A stretch of DNA of 64,000 bases from Octopus sinensis (Eukaryota), in contig NC_043024.1 in NCBI RefSeq assembly GCF_006345805.1, positions 15,314,001 through 15,378,000 of the forward strand. Reading direction: 5' to 3'. Below the pieces are notes generated by a model. It saw only the letters and a list, made by a program, of their open reading frames with translations. It made no database searches and had not been told where the DNA came from. A program made the translations under genes and the position numbers. This document shows, one piece after another, positions 37,461-52,023 of this stretch (the first letter of the stretch is position 1; each line of letters starts with the position of its first letter).

Positions 37461-37963
37461 TAATAATAATAATAATAATGATAATAATGGTGGCACAAGA
37501 TCAAAGCTTGCTTACCAAAAACTACCTGGCTAATGTTCTTCAAAATGGTTCTGACCCCAAATGCAAATTCTGTAATAAATTTGATGAAACAATAGACTAT
37601 AATATCATATAATTGATCCTATATATTTCTGTTAAACGTTTGAAATTTGCTTTCATTATTTCTTGAGTAATTGAAACCCTGTCGATCGTATAATTATTAT
37701 CGCAAATATTGATCTGCATCAGTTAAAATGTGACTTGGTTACTAACCTGTATGTTCTGAGTTCAAATTACACCAAAGTGAATTACATATTTCATATTTCT
37801 GTGTTCAATAAAAATAAAATACCAACTAAGTGTGGATTGATTTAATCTAGTTCATTCTCTTCAGAAGTTTAGTCTTGGGTCAATGTTAGCAATCAGTATT
37901 ATTTTAATAACAATAATAATAATAATAATAAAAATAGTAATAATAATAATAATAGTAATAATA

Positions 37964-37994
<31 letters not shown>

Positions 37995-38008
37995 TAATAA
38001 TAATAATA

Positions 38009-38104
<96 letters not shown>

Positions 38105-39358
38105 GTGGCACAAGATTAAAGCTTGCTTGCCAAAAACTACCAGGCTAATGTTCTTCAAAACGATTCTGACCCCAAATGCAAATTCTGCCATAAATTTGAT
38201 GAAACAATAGCCCGTCTTATCTCGGGAGATTATGAAATTTTGATAAGCCTATAAAATCATATAATTGATCCTATATAAATATTCATAAAATATACAATTT
38301 ATGCAAGTTCTGAGCAGAACAACATCACATGACAACCAAATATTGAGAGGATCGTTTTGAATAACACCAAAAACTACAAAGCCACCTGTGATAGCAAGAA
38401 ACTTAGATGGAGTAGCCATGGGTTCCCCCTTAGGACTGCTGTTTGCAGCATTCTACCAATACACTTGAGAGAACAGAATAATACCAAAACATAACACACA
38501 GTGTATTTAGATGATATACAAGCTAAGTACATGATATGCTAATGATAATGGGTACATTAAATGACATTCAGAAATTAAAAGAAAGGTTAGAAACCAACTC
38601 AGTATTAAAATCTAACTTTCAGAATTTTAGGTTCATTGGAAAACATAGAAATTGAAATGAGAAGATACGTGACAGCTGCAAACACAAGAATCTAACAAAT
38701 ACACATAACTACATGGAAAGAGTGAATGTCCAGACAAACTATGTCAGCGGTGATATCAATATTTTTAAGTACATTTAGGTTCTTATCTACAAATAAGGCA
38801 AGGGAGAAAGAAATCCGCAATGTTTATTCCAAGAGAGTTGTAGACAGAGGTAGAGAAGAATAATAACAAATACATCGAAAAATACATCCAATGAATATAC
38901 ACTTTCACCCTCCACAAAAAATCCCAAATTTTATTTAATTTGCTTTGCGGGAAGGATTGTTTCAACGAATTCACGTCTTGTTCTTGCCTTCGAATGTGGA
39001 GTAGTTGAAACAGGGACAACTAAAGAAGGGGAATATTCTTTATGTTGTATGTCTCGTTTCTCTGTTTGTTTTTTTCGTTGTTCATAAAAAGTTCGTTTCT
39101 ATGTTTTTGTTTTCATGTTTTCGTTTCTCATTGTCTTCAACGTATTTTTGATGTCCTGTACCCATATATGCATGTATATATACATATATATGTAGGTATG
39201 TACATATATGTATGTATATATGCATATATTTATATAGTATTAACATTATTATATGATCGAATGCCACGCATCCTTTTCCAAGTTATATATATATATATTT
39301 GTGTATGTGCGTGTGTGTGCGCGTGTGTACATATGTATATATATATATTTATATATGT

Positions 39359-39392
<34 letters not shown>

Positions 39393-40344
39393 ATCAGATG
39401 TGCTTTTAGTTTGTCTGGAGCTACAGTAGATGGTATTTGTCCAAAGCGTTGTGCAATGGGATTGAACCCAAAACCACACGATTGGGAAACAACCTTCTAA
39501 ATTAAATAGCCATGCCAGCACTTATATATGAGTTACTCATCCAGAATCAGTCGTTAGCAATTTGTTATAAGATTTATTTTATATTTTTAACTTCCTGGGT
39601 CTGAGATTAGAAGCAATTCCCATGGCCATTGCATACCTTTCTCAATTGCTGTGTTTCAAATCTAATGGCAAAACGTTATCTGAAATTTCATCCGCCAGAT
39701 TGAAATTTCATCCAACCAAAATAGTTTAACTTTCTTCCTCAAACATTTTTAATTTCATTAAACACCAACAGTCAAATCCAACACAATTCCACGTTCCATA
39801 AACAACAATATTAAGAAAACAGACATTTATATTTCTATATTTTAGCCAAGATTCATGCTATGTATGTTCCTCTTGAAGTTACAATGTTTTAGGAAAAGAT
39901 AGGACCAGGAAGAGAATTCCAGAGAATCAAAACTCTTACAAGGAAGAATTGTTTGCTTTAAAACTTTTATACGATATCACATGAACAAATGTATGGTTCA
40001 CCACATTTCTGAAATAACATTGAATATAATTAATTAAATGTATGCACGCAGTTTCTTTATAGAAATCTTCCTCGTTTTGTAATGAAGAAAAGATATTGGT
40101 CAGAAAATAGAACATGAAATCCAATACAAACTAATACTTGTCTTTTCTACATTTTACCATTAGTGTGAAATTTCATTCAATTGATACAGTTTAACTTTCT
40201 TCCTTGTACATTTTTACTTGCATTAAACACCAACAGCTAAATCCAACACAAGTTCACGTTCCATCAACAACAATATTTACAAAACCAACTTTTACATTCA
40301 CATACTTTAGTCAGGAACGTTTTGTCTAACTCAGAAATATAAAC

Positions 40345-40467
40345 ATGGCTGTTAAAGTTCCTTGTGTTGTCATTGACAATGGATCGTATACATGTAAAAT
40401 TGGCCTTGGACGTGATGTTGAACCGAGCATTTTCATTCCTTCACATAGCGGTTATTGCAATGATCAG
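40345..40467 (+). CDS. Divergent actin-related gene copy 3, exon 1
   Basis: MAVKVPCVVIDNGSYTCKIGLGRDVEPSIFIPSHSGYCNDQ, CAG|GTATGT donor. Confidence 0.93.
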
Positions 40468-41345
40468 GTATGTTGACTATATTTATATAAATAATTGCAA
40501 ATACACACGATCATAATGATCCTTGTCTTTTAATGTCCACTTTTCCATGTTTGCATGGGCCAGGTAGAATTCTTCATGAGGGATATTCTATGCTGATACC
40601 TTTTATATCAGGCTATCCTTCGCCTTTTTCCAAATATCATACAGCTGATGAACATGAAGACCATTATAACTTGTAAAACTCAATCACGAAGATACCTCTC
40701 GCAGTTGTAACTGCCAAGACTCTGAAGCCTATCCATTTGACCAGGCATATAAGTTAACCTCCGTCATATACATGGCAGAAGTTTGAGATAAGCTCCAAGA
40801 CAAATCCATTGAAAAAAGAATTACATTGGTTTATGTGAAGGAGAATCCAAGAGACGTTATGCAAACCACCTATTTTCTTTCTGGCACATCAATTAATGTA
40901 ATGCAACTAAGTTGGCTAGCCATGTATGGAATTTGAAGAGCAGCTCCACAGCACATACAATTAAGTGGAGAATTGTGGAGAAATCCAAGCCATACATTAA
41001 TGGACATAAGAAATGCAACTTCTCCATAGCAGAAAAGTCTCGTATGCTTTTTAGATCGAGATCTGCCTAATTCCAGATCTGAAATTTTTAGTAGGTGTAG
41101 AAACACGGACAGGTTTCTTTTATTGAATTTAAGGGCACCACCAGCTCCATATTGAGTTACTGTCTCACAGACTTTGACATACTTTCTGTTATTTTGTTCT
41201 AAACCAGTTGTATTTAATGAGCTTTCTGAAATTAGGGAGGACGAAGATTTTAGTTTTCTTGACTTTGTTTCTTTTTTTGTCTCATTTTTTTTACATCACC
41301 TTTCTTCTTGTGTTTCCTTATTTTCTCACTGTCCAGCGTCCTTGA

Positions 41346-41385
<40 letters not shown>

Positions 41386-41511
41386 GCATAAAGAGAATTT
41401 GGAAGATTGCTTTAAGATACATTGTGCCTTTTATAAATATACCTGTTCATTTATCGTAAAAGCATAGAAGTATCAGTAGCTCTTTCAATTGATACATACA
41501 TGCATATATAC

Positions 41512-41598
<87 letters not shown>

Positions 41599-42244
41599 TG
41601 TTAAAAGTCAGATTGAATCTTGCTTGATTGAATCAGCCAAACTGGCGCATAATGGGAAAATACTATGCATTAAATTTACCCTGAAATGTTAATACGAACG
41701 CAATGAAACAATTTTCATGTAAATCGACCAAATGGCTTTTGAGATATTAGAGGTTTTTGCGATATAAATACCGAAATCGTGGCATAATGGGAAAATGTTT
41801 CGAAAATAATCTTCATCCTGAAATGGAAGAAACTCTTATCTATCTGTTACACACAGTGAGTTGATGACGACAAAGTACAATTTTTTTTTTACAATAAATA
41901 TTTCTATTTTGACTTTTGTTAAACGTAATATCCTTTAATAGTATTTCTAACTGAATGTGATTTCAAAAATGTAAGCATTTGTACTGTTTTAGCTTTCTTT
42001 AAACAGAAAATATTTTAATGATTTTTAAAATTATTTTCCGAAATTATAAAAATTTTTTTGGCTTATAAAAAAGATATTCACAACTGCTTGTGGTGTTTCT
42101 CCCTCAGTATAAAAGTGTCTCGTCAGGTGATGTTATAAGAGGTATATCTTTAAATAAACTCTGTTTTGCTCAGTTTTAATACAGCATGTTGTTGGTGACC
42201 ATGTTGGAATAGCTAGGAATAGCTAGGGACTCATTCCATTGCAA

Positions 42245-45200
42245 TGATGATGATGATGATCATCATCATCATCCTTTAGCGCCCGCTTTCCATGTTAGCA
42301 TGGGTTGGACGGTTTTACTGGGGTCTGGGAAGCCAGAAGGCTGCACCAGGCCCTGTCTGATCTGGCAATGTTTCCACAGCTGGATGTCCTTCCTAACGCC
42401 AACCACTCCGTGAGTGTAGTGGGTGCTTTTTATGTGCCATCGGCACAGGTGCCAGACGGGGCTGGCAAACGGCCACGGTCGGATGGTGCTTTTACGTGCC
42501 ACCTGCACGAGGGCCAGGCGAGGCTGGCAGCGGCCACGATCGGATGGTGCTTTTTACGTGCTACCGGCACGGAGGCCCCTCGGGGCGGCACTGGCGACGG
42601 CCACGTTCGGATGGTTCACTTACGTGCCACCGGCACTGGTATCACAGCTGCAATTTCTATTGATGTTGATCGATTTCGATTTTGATTTTTTGATTTCCAC
42701 TTGCCTCAACAGGTCTTCACAAGTAGAGTTTTGTGTCCCAAGAAGGAAAGGTATGCGTAAGTGGACTGGCTATATCCCAGGTAGAGGCCATGGGTTATGG
42801 TCTCACTTGTCCTGGCGTGTCTTCTCACGCACAGCATACTTCCATAGGTCTCGGTCTCTAGTCATTTCCTCGGTGAGACCTAAAGTTTGAAGGTCGTGCT
42901 TCACCACCCACAAGTTCCCTCAACCGCTAGGGTGTGGCACTTTTTCACACAGCTATCTTCAGCCATTCTCATCACATGACCATACCAGCGCGAACGACTC
43001 TCTTGCACACCACAACTGATGCTTCTTAGGTCCAGCTTTTCTCTCAAGGTACTTACACTCTGTCGATTATGAACACTGACATTACACATCCATCGGAGCA
43101 TATGGCTTCATTTCTTGCGAGCTTACGCATATCCTCAGCAGTCACGGCCCATGTTTCACTATCATGTAGCATGGATGTTCGTACACATGCATCATACAGT
43201 CTGCCTTTTACTCTGAGCGAGAAGCCTTTTGTCACCAGCAGGGGTAAGAGCTCTCTGAACTTTGCCCAGGCTATTCTTGCTCTAGCAGTTACACTTTCAG
43301 CACACCCTCCCCCGCTACTGACTTGGTCACCTAGGTAACGGAAGCTATCAACTATTTCTAGTTTTTCTCCCTGGAATGTGGTGGAAGTTGGTCTCTGCAC
43401 ATTTTCAGTGTTTATTGCTCCTGAGCATCTGCCACATACAAAAACTATTTTCCTAGTTAGCCTTCCTTTGAAATTGCTGCACCTCTTATGTGTCCATAGC
43501 TTACACTTGGTGCATCTTATAGAGTTTCTACCTACGCCTTTTCTACAGATCGAGCAGGGCCATCTACCTGAAGGCGTTTGTGATTTGTCTACCTTCCTAC
43601 TTATTAGGACTTTGGTTTTAGCTAGGTCGACTCTAAGGCCCTTCGATTCTAATCCTTGCTTCCACACCTGTAACCTCTCCTCCAGTTCTGATAGTGACTC
43701 AGCAATTAGAGCAAGGTCATCAGCATAGAGGAGCTCCCAGGGGCATCCTGTCTTGAATTCCTCCGTTATTACTTGGAGGACTATGATAAATAGGAGGGGA
43801 CTGAAGACTGAACCTTGGTGGACCCCTACCTCTACCCGGAATTCTTCACTGTACTCGTTGCAAACCCTCACCTTACTAGCAGCGTCCCTGTACGTGGCTC
43901 GCACAACTCTCACTAACCATTCATCTATCCCTAGTTTCCTCATTGACCACCAGATAAGAGATCGGGGGACCCTGTCAAAGGCTTTCTCCATGTCAACAAA
44001 AGCCAGGTACAGGGACTTATCTTTGGCTAGGTATTTCTCCTGCAGCTGTCTTACCAGGAATATAGCATCAGTAGTACTTTTCCCTGGCACGAACCCAAAC
44101 TGCATCTTATCTAAACTAACTCTCTCTCTCTCTCTCTCTAATTAGTTGGGCTATGACCCTCTCCGTAACCTTCATTACCTGATCCAACAGCTTGATACCC
44201 CGGTAGTTATTTGTATCTAGGGCGTCACCTTTACCTTTGTAGCAGTTGACTATTATGCTGCTACACCAGTCATTGGGAATGACTCCTTCTTGTATCACCT
44301 GGTTAACTATACGGGTGACTAGGCTATAGCCGACACTACCAGATATTTTGAGCATCTCTGCAGTAATTCCTGATGGGCTTGGGGCTTTCCCTGTCTTCAT
44401 GCTTCTAATTGCCTCAACTACCAAGGAACTGTCAATTCGGATAGCTGGTCCCTCTGTTGGGTCGACATTCGGCAGACTCTATTTATCCCATTCATTTTCC
44501 TCATTCAGCAACCTTTCATAGTGGCGTCTACAAACCTCTCTCTTTGCATCCTCATTTAGCGCAAGTGAACCATCATCCATGCGAACCCATTTATCTCCTA
44601 CCACATCACGATTCTCTCTCACACACTGTTTTGCAACACGAAACATCTCAAGTCTTTTATCCTCACGGCGCAGAACATTGGCAAATTTTTTCTTATCTGC
44701 TTCCCCTCTGGCTAAATACACCTGCCTCCTAGCTTCCCTTCTGGCAGTCTGATACACTTCCCTGCTACCACCATTCTTCCAGTCCTTCCAAGCCTGTTTC
44801 TTTTGTCTAATAGCCCTGTCAACAATATTGTTCCACCACCACGTAATTTTGGGTCGAGAGGGGACTTTGCACCAGCCACAGATCTGGTCAGTGGCTCTCA
44901 GCAGGTTGTCCCTTAGAGACCTCCAGTTGTGTTCTACCCCATGTGAAGCTATACCCCCTTCTATTTCGTCAAAGGCTTCAAGTAATATGTCTCTAAATCT
45001 CTGTCCATTTGCAAAATCTTTAAGCTTCCAGACCCTTCTTCTCCATGTTGGTCGTCTTCTGGTCGTCCTCTTAGTCCTGCTCCTAAAGTCACTAACTACC
45101 AGTCTGTGTTGTGGGGTACATTCTTCGCCTGGGAAGGTTTTGCATTTATAAGCAGCCATCTTTCCCTTTTTCTGGCAAGGATGTAGTCGATTTGGCTAGT

Positions 45201-45284
45201 ATGTCGGCCCGATCGGTAGGTGACCAAGTGGCTTGTAGGTTTCCTGAAGTTAGTGTTGCAAACCATAAGACTATTCGCATCGCA
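42245..45284 (-). mobile_element. 5'-truncated RTE LINE in intron of copy 3 (duplicate of 24890-27951)
   Basis: ORF pieces 44479-45159, 44116-44424 and 43053-44105; (CT)10 frameshift. Confidence 0.95.
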
Positions 45285-46789
45285 TATATAAGGATAATCA
45301 TATTAAAAGGAATATGAAGCTGTGAAAACATTTATGACAGAATTCACTGAGTACCATAACGAATGGGGCTGCAATTCTTGGCTGAAATTGAGGTCTACAA
45401 ACATGATTCACTCGTGATTTACATGCGATCGGGAAATAGGGCTGAAGTTGACTGTCATAAATTTCTTGGTTTAAAATTAATTTAAAACGATTATTAAACT
45501 ATTAAAAATACAAAATATCAAATATATTACTATTAATAATTGTTAGTAAAACCTTTAGAAGTGATTTGAACACATATCAATACTGTCAAAGTTTTTCCTT
45601 TGTGATTTCGTTTATTATATAAAACACATTCTGATACAAAAACAGATCGGTGTTGACCTAAGAAAGAAGTTAAACAAGCTCACATGTTTGGTGATGGATA
45701 CAGGAAGATTTCTGAACGATTTTCTGTCAAAATACTGACTATTCAGTTGATTATTAAGAAATATCGAACCTTGAGTTGTGTGAAATTTGTCGAATAGAAG
45801 AAAATGAAAGGTATCAGACGAACTCATTCAAAGACTGGTGAGATGAATAGAGGGTGAACCGAGGACAACTGTAAAAGAGATCAGCCATCAGGTTGGGCTG
45901 TTGGGCGTAAATGTTACATCATCATCTGCATTGTATACATTTGGGCACCGTGGGTGCTGAATGAGAACCTCATCCCTACCCAGGCCCACCACGTTAAGGC
46001 TCGGCTAAACTATGCAAAAAACTTGTTAAACAAACCTTCTCAATTTTGGTCGATGGTTCTGCGAATTGATGAGACTAAACTTTAACTTTTTGGCCACAAC
46101 AAGAACGCCACAGTTTAGCGGAAGTCTGGGCGGCCCTCTTGACCCCAAAACATCATTTCTACCAAGAAGCATAGGTGTGGAAATTTAATGTTTTGGAGGT
46201 GTTTTACAGCAATCAATTGAGGATGACTAGTTTTTATCAAAGACCAGATGAAAAAAGAGGATTACGTCAAAATATCAGACGAAAATCTTTTAGTGTCGAC
46301 AGAAGAGTTGGTGCTAGGTGACAACTGGATCTTTCAAGAAGATAATGATCCAAAGCATATATACTGAAACTAACGACTGCCTGGATCGGTGAAAATGGCT
46401 TCAACATTTGGTAATGGCCATCATAATTGTTGGACCTGAATCCAACTGCAAAAATTGGTGCCATTCCAAAGCTCAGATTTGGTAAAGAGGTCTAAAATAT
46501 GAGGAATTGCAAAGAAAAAATGATAAATAAATTTGTTTCTAGTTAGACAAAAAAATTGAATATAATTATTTATAATAAATAATTTTATGGAATTTATTAA
46601 TTTTGCTTGTTAGCCATTGTAAAAACATATTAATGACTAAACGAAATTGTGTATATTATTAAAGTATAAATAATATACAAAAGATATTACAAACCGACTA
46701 GTGATAAGAATATATTTTTAAAAAATCAATGTTATTCTACACTATATGAATACTTATAAACACCACCGTCTCTCTGTTTCGGTCTCCCC

Positions 46790-46888
<99 letters not shown>

Positions 46889-47153
46889 GCGCAATGGCCC
46901 ATTGGTTAGGGCAGCGGACTATCAGTCTTAGGATCGCGGTTTCGATTCCCAGACCGGGCGTTGTGAGTGTTTATTGAGCGAAAACACCGAAGCTGCACGT
47001 GACTCCGGCAGGGGGTGGTGATCCCTGCTGTACTTTCTCCCACTCTTTCTTCTGTTGGCCTGCTCGCTTAGCTAGCGAGGTGGGGTCATTCGAAGGCTAA
47101 AACATTGTGAACGCATAGTGACCAGCGATGTGTAACTATATGTATATATGTAT

Positions 47154-47231
<78 letters not shown>

Positions 47232-48801
47232 GTAGCTATAGGTATGTATAGATAGATACCTTACTGTTCCATTAAGCGAAGCTCAACAAAAAGAGTACTC
47301 CATTCAATGAATGATAAATATCATTTAATGTACAAAGAACAAAAGATTTAAAGAATGAAGCCAAAGAGAGGTGTGCTGCCGTAAAGAAATACATAGTTAG
47401 CTAACCTGAGGAAAGTGTAGGAAAAGGAAAGAGAATGTGGGAGACATCAGGATAGAGATGGTGGTAAAGTGCTGGGCATATTCTCAAGGGCTGGGGATCA
47501 GAATATAAATGGGATGGTTGAGTAAAGGAAGAGAGAGATATCGATGGTGGCAAGTGCCAGGGAATACCCTTGAGGATCAAATACCATAATGTAAGTGGCA
47601 GGATATTGCGAAGGAAGCACAATTAGAGAGCGCGGAGTGGGCGGAGTGAGTGGTGAAAACCTGGGTATATATATATTAGTCGGTGGGTGCTACCAGATAG
47701 CAATGATACAGATAAACAGGGCCGTGTGAATAGGATCGGGGAGTGAAAGGTAGGCATAGAGTATGAAGGAAGAAATGTGTGGAAGATGCAAAGATGTAGA
47801 TTGGTTTGTTGGGGTTGGATGAGTGAAAAGTATTCTTGTTTCATGTAGGTGAAACGCGTGTCAGGGGGACTAGCAAATTGCATTGATACAGTGGGACAGG
47901 TGATGTGAGTGGAACACACAGGTCGGGGCCTAGCGGAGAGCTACGACACAGTGGGACAGGATTGGGGAGTGAGAGGTAAGCGTAGTGCATGAAGTGGAAA
48001 TGAAGAGAAGAAATGTAGAGATGTAGTTTAGTATGTTGTAGTAGGGTGTGTGAGATGTTTACTTGTTAAGTGTGCGTGGGACACACAGCGCTTCTAGAAC
48101 TCAGTTTGCTGACGTGGGTGGGTCTTCTCAAGAAGCTCATATCATCAGACATCTCAGTCCATTGTCATTTCCTCCATGAGGTCCAACTTCCTGAGATCGG
48201 TCCTTACCCCTTCATCCCATCTCTTTCCGGGTCTCCCTCTTCTGCAGATACCATCCACTTTCAGTGATCACCACTTCTTTATGCAGCTGGCCTCATTCAT
48301 ACACATCACATCTCCAAACCAACGGAGTCTTCTCTCTTGCATGCTACATTTGATTCCTCTTATGCCCAACTTTTCTCTCAATACATTTGCACTTTGTCGT
48401 ACATGTGCACTGATGTTGCACATCCAACAGAGCATACTACCTTCATTTCTCTCCAGTCTATGCACATCTTCTGCACTGAGAGCCCATCTCTCACTTCCAA
48501 GGAGTATAGGCCATTCACACACAAGCATCATACAGTCTACTTTTCACTCTGAGGGAGACTCCTTTTATTGCTGTTAAATACTCCTAATAACTATTTTGTG
48601 ATGGAATGTTCTGAATAGAGTTTCAATTACTCAAGAAATAAGGAAAACACATTTCATCCTTACTTCAAACTTTAACAGAAAGATATCAAAGGATTAATCA
48701 TGGGATATTATAGTATTTAATATGGGATATTGTAGGATTAGTTATCAGAATTCCATAATTCATGTAATTCTTTCTATAATTCCTGTATTTTTGTATTTCA
48801 G

Positions 48802-49788
48802 GGTGAAGCGATTGGAAATGAACTCAAAAACTATAATGCTAAAATTAAATCTGGATACAGTACAAGTGTTCTTAACTTGAAGCATCCTATTGAACGCGGT
48901 GTCATTACCAACTGGGATGATATGGAGAAGATTTGGTTGCATGCATTCAAAGAGTTGAATGTTGCACCTGCAGAAAGCTCTGTCTTGTTGACTGAGGCTG
49001 TTTCTAACCCCAAGGACAACAGAGAAAAGATGGCCGAAATTATGTTTGAAAAGTTTAACACTCATGCATTATGTATTGCTGATCAGGCTCCACTGTCGCT
49101 TTTTGCTTCTGGTCGTATCACAGGTATGTCTGTGGATGTAGGTCATGGCATCACCCAAATTGTCCCTGTCTATGAAGGGTCAGTTAAACGAGAAGCTGCT
49201 GTCCGGTGGGATTTTGGTGGTGTGGACATGACAGATTACCTTACGAGTATGTTGACTGAACGTGGCTATTCCTTTGACAGACCTTCTCAGACAGAAACTG
49301 TCCGTAACATCAAAGAGAAGTGTTGTTATGTTGCTCTAGACTTTGAACAGGAAATGCAGACTGCAACCTCTGAGAAATATAAATTACCTGACAAGCAAGT
49401 CATTACCATTGGCAATGAACGATTCCGAACGCCAGAAGTTATGTTCCAGCCAAGTTTAATTCATGAGGGATCTGAGGGTATTCATGTAAGAATTCGTGAT
49501 TCAATCATCAAATGTAATAGGTGGATTAAAATGCCCATATTTCAGAACATTGTATTGTCTGGTGGTTCGACAACATTCAGAGGCTTTGCCCAGCGCCTAG
49601 AAAAAGAAATGAGTTCCATTCTGGCACCTGCAACGATATTTATGATTATTGATCATGGAGAACTTAAATACGCTACATGGCTTGGTGGCACTGCATTGGC
49701 TACTTTGTATACCTTTAAAGATTGGTGTATTAGCAGAGAAGAATATAATGAACATGGCTCAAATATTCTCGATAAAAAATATATGTAA
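48802..49788 (+). CDS. Divergent actin-related gene copy 3, exon 2 (369 aa in total)
   Basis: Acceptor ttttgtatttcag|GGT GAA GCG; frame open from the acceptor to TAA; lacks the internal Met found in copies 1 and 2, consistent with dependence on exon 1. Confidence 0.93.
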   Translation, partial: GEAIGNELKNYNAKIKSGYSTSVLNLKHPIERGVITNWDDMEKIWLHAFKELNVAPAESSVLLTEAVSNPKDNREKMAEIMFEKFNTHALCIADQAPLSLFASGRITGMSVDVGHGITQIVPVYEGSVKREAAVRWDFGGVDMTDYLTSMLTERGYSFDRPSQTETVRNIKEKCCYVALDFEQEMQTATSEKYKLPDKQVITIGNERFRTPEVMFQPSLIHEGSEGIHVRIRDSIIKCNRWIKMPIFQNIVLSGGSTTFRGFAQRLEKEMSSILAPATIFMIIDHGELKYATWLGGTALATLYTFKDWCISREEYNEHGSNILDKKYM

Positions 49789-49804
49789 TATGTATGTGTC
49801 ATTG

Positions 49805-49872
<68 letters not shown>

Positions 49873-50473
49873 ATATATAATATAAATCCAGTTCTGTGTG
49901 TTTGTGTGTGTGTGTGTGTGGATGTGCGTAAAAGATTATAACGGCTGTATTGTTCAACTGATTTTACTCCAAAGTGGGAACAGATATTACTTATGTTCCA
50001 GGGATGGACCAAGATTCCAAGCACTTCCAAATACAAAATTAGACAATACAACGCTGCACTAAAGATAATATCATTTGGAGTCACAAAACATTTAACTGAG
50101 TCAGGATTCATGCAATCTTTCAGGATCCAAAGTCAGATTTATCATCGGATTGCCTATCTACTACCTCTGTCCAATGAATCACCAAAATCAGCCTTTCATT
50201 GTTTATAATCTGTACATGTTCTTTGGTTACGAAATAAGCTACCAAAAACATATTTTTTAATTATGTGTAGTTACTTTTTATACATATATGAGCTGAAGAC
50301 TTTCTTTTAACATTTCACTTAACGTCTGTGTTCCATGCTGGCATGGGTTGGAGAGCTGTTAATTTGGAAAGTTGGAATTGCAGCTACCAGCAGTTGAGAA
50401 CTACGTAATCTAGCCAGCATTTTTAAATTTCATTATTCTCTTTAACCCAGGCAATGCTGGGTATTTCTGCTTG

Positions 50474-50629
<156 letters not shown>

Positions 50630-50871
50630 CATATACATATACATATATATATGCATATGTATATATATGTATAAATATATATATATTAAATTAGAGATAA
50701 AACCATTATTAAGGCAAATCAAACAGTGAAAAACATAAACCAATACATAGAAATAAAATTAATTAATATAATATAAAAAATATATAAAATATAAAATTCA
50801 AAGTTTAAATTATTTAAATTTATAGTTAAAATTTAAAAAATATTTAAATTATTGATTTATACTTATAAATT

Positions 50872-50902
<31 letters not shown>

Positions 50903-50920
50903 ATATATATATATATATTA

Positions 50921-50959
<39 letters not shown>

Positions 50960-52023
50960 CTAATTTTTAATATTACTATTATTTTATTATAATTTTAATT
51001 TTTTTAAATATAAATATAACTATGAAAAGTATTAAAAAGTTTAAGATAAGTAAAGAGTAAAACCACTACGATCGTTTCATGCCCATAACCTAATTCGAAA
51101 AACAATAATTTGAATTCAATTAATAATTCGAATTATGGTTATAGTCAATCTTCAGGTTAATGTTAATATTTAAATAAATAATCAAAAATATTTAAACGAT
51201 ATTTTTTAAAGAAATAAATAAAATAATAATTTTTCTTATAAAAAATCTATTATCAAACTAGAAACTTTAACGATTATAATTATGTCAGACAATCGATTAT
51301 AATGTTAAATATTAATTTTTAAGTATTAATTTTTAAGGTAAGAAACCCACAAAGAATCTAATCTGAGTTATAGTCAATATCTAATTACATAAATATTTTA
51401 CAAAAAAAAATGACTATTCCTATTATTAAAAATAATTTCAAGTCAAATAATTATATAATATTTGAATAATAACTAAATTATCAATGAAAACATATAAATG
51501 TATAAAATATAAGAATTAAGATCTAAAATTATCTCTATCAATAAATATATATGCAATAAATATATATGGTTGACAAACTAATAACTTTCAAAAATCGTAT
51601 AGTTAAGAAACTAAAATGAAATAAAATACTAATGAAATAATGAATCCGTGGTTATATAGTATCAAATAAATACTACGAATATATTTATCAATGTAAAAAA
51701 TATTACTACCAATTATCAATTTAAAAAAAAACAATATATAAGTTATAATAACAATTATAAAAATTTAAAATAACTATCAACAAATATAGATATTTAAGAC
51801 TAAAATGTAGGCTATCAATACATGTATATACATGAAACCTAACTTTAAAATACTCGTATAACTGTTAACGATCTATATATCTCTTTGGCTAAGTAAAGTC
51901 TTACGAATAAACGTAAAGTTGAAATCTTATAATTATATAGAAAAAACTACGATAACTAGACCATTATATAACCATCATTATTTATATAAAATACAATATT
52001 ATACAATAAGACTTGCTAAAATA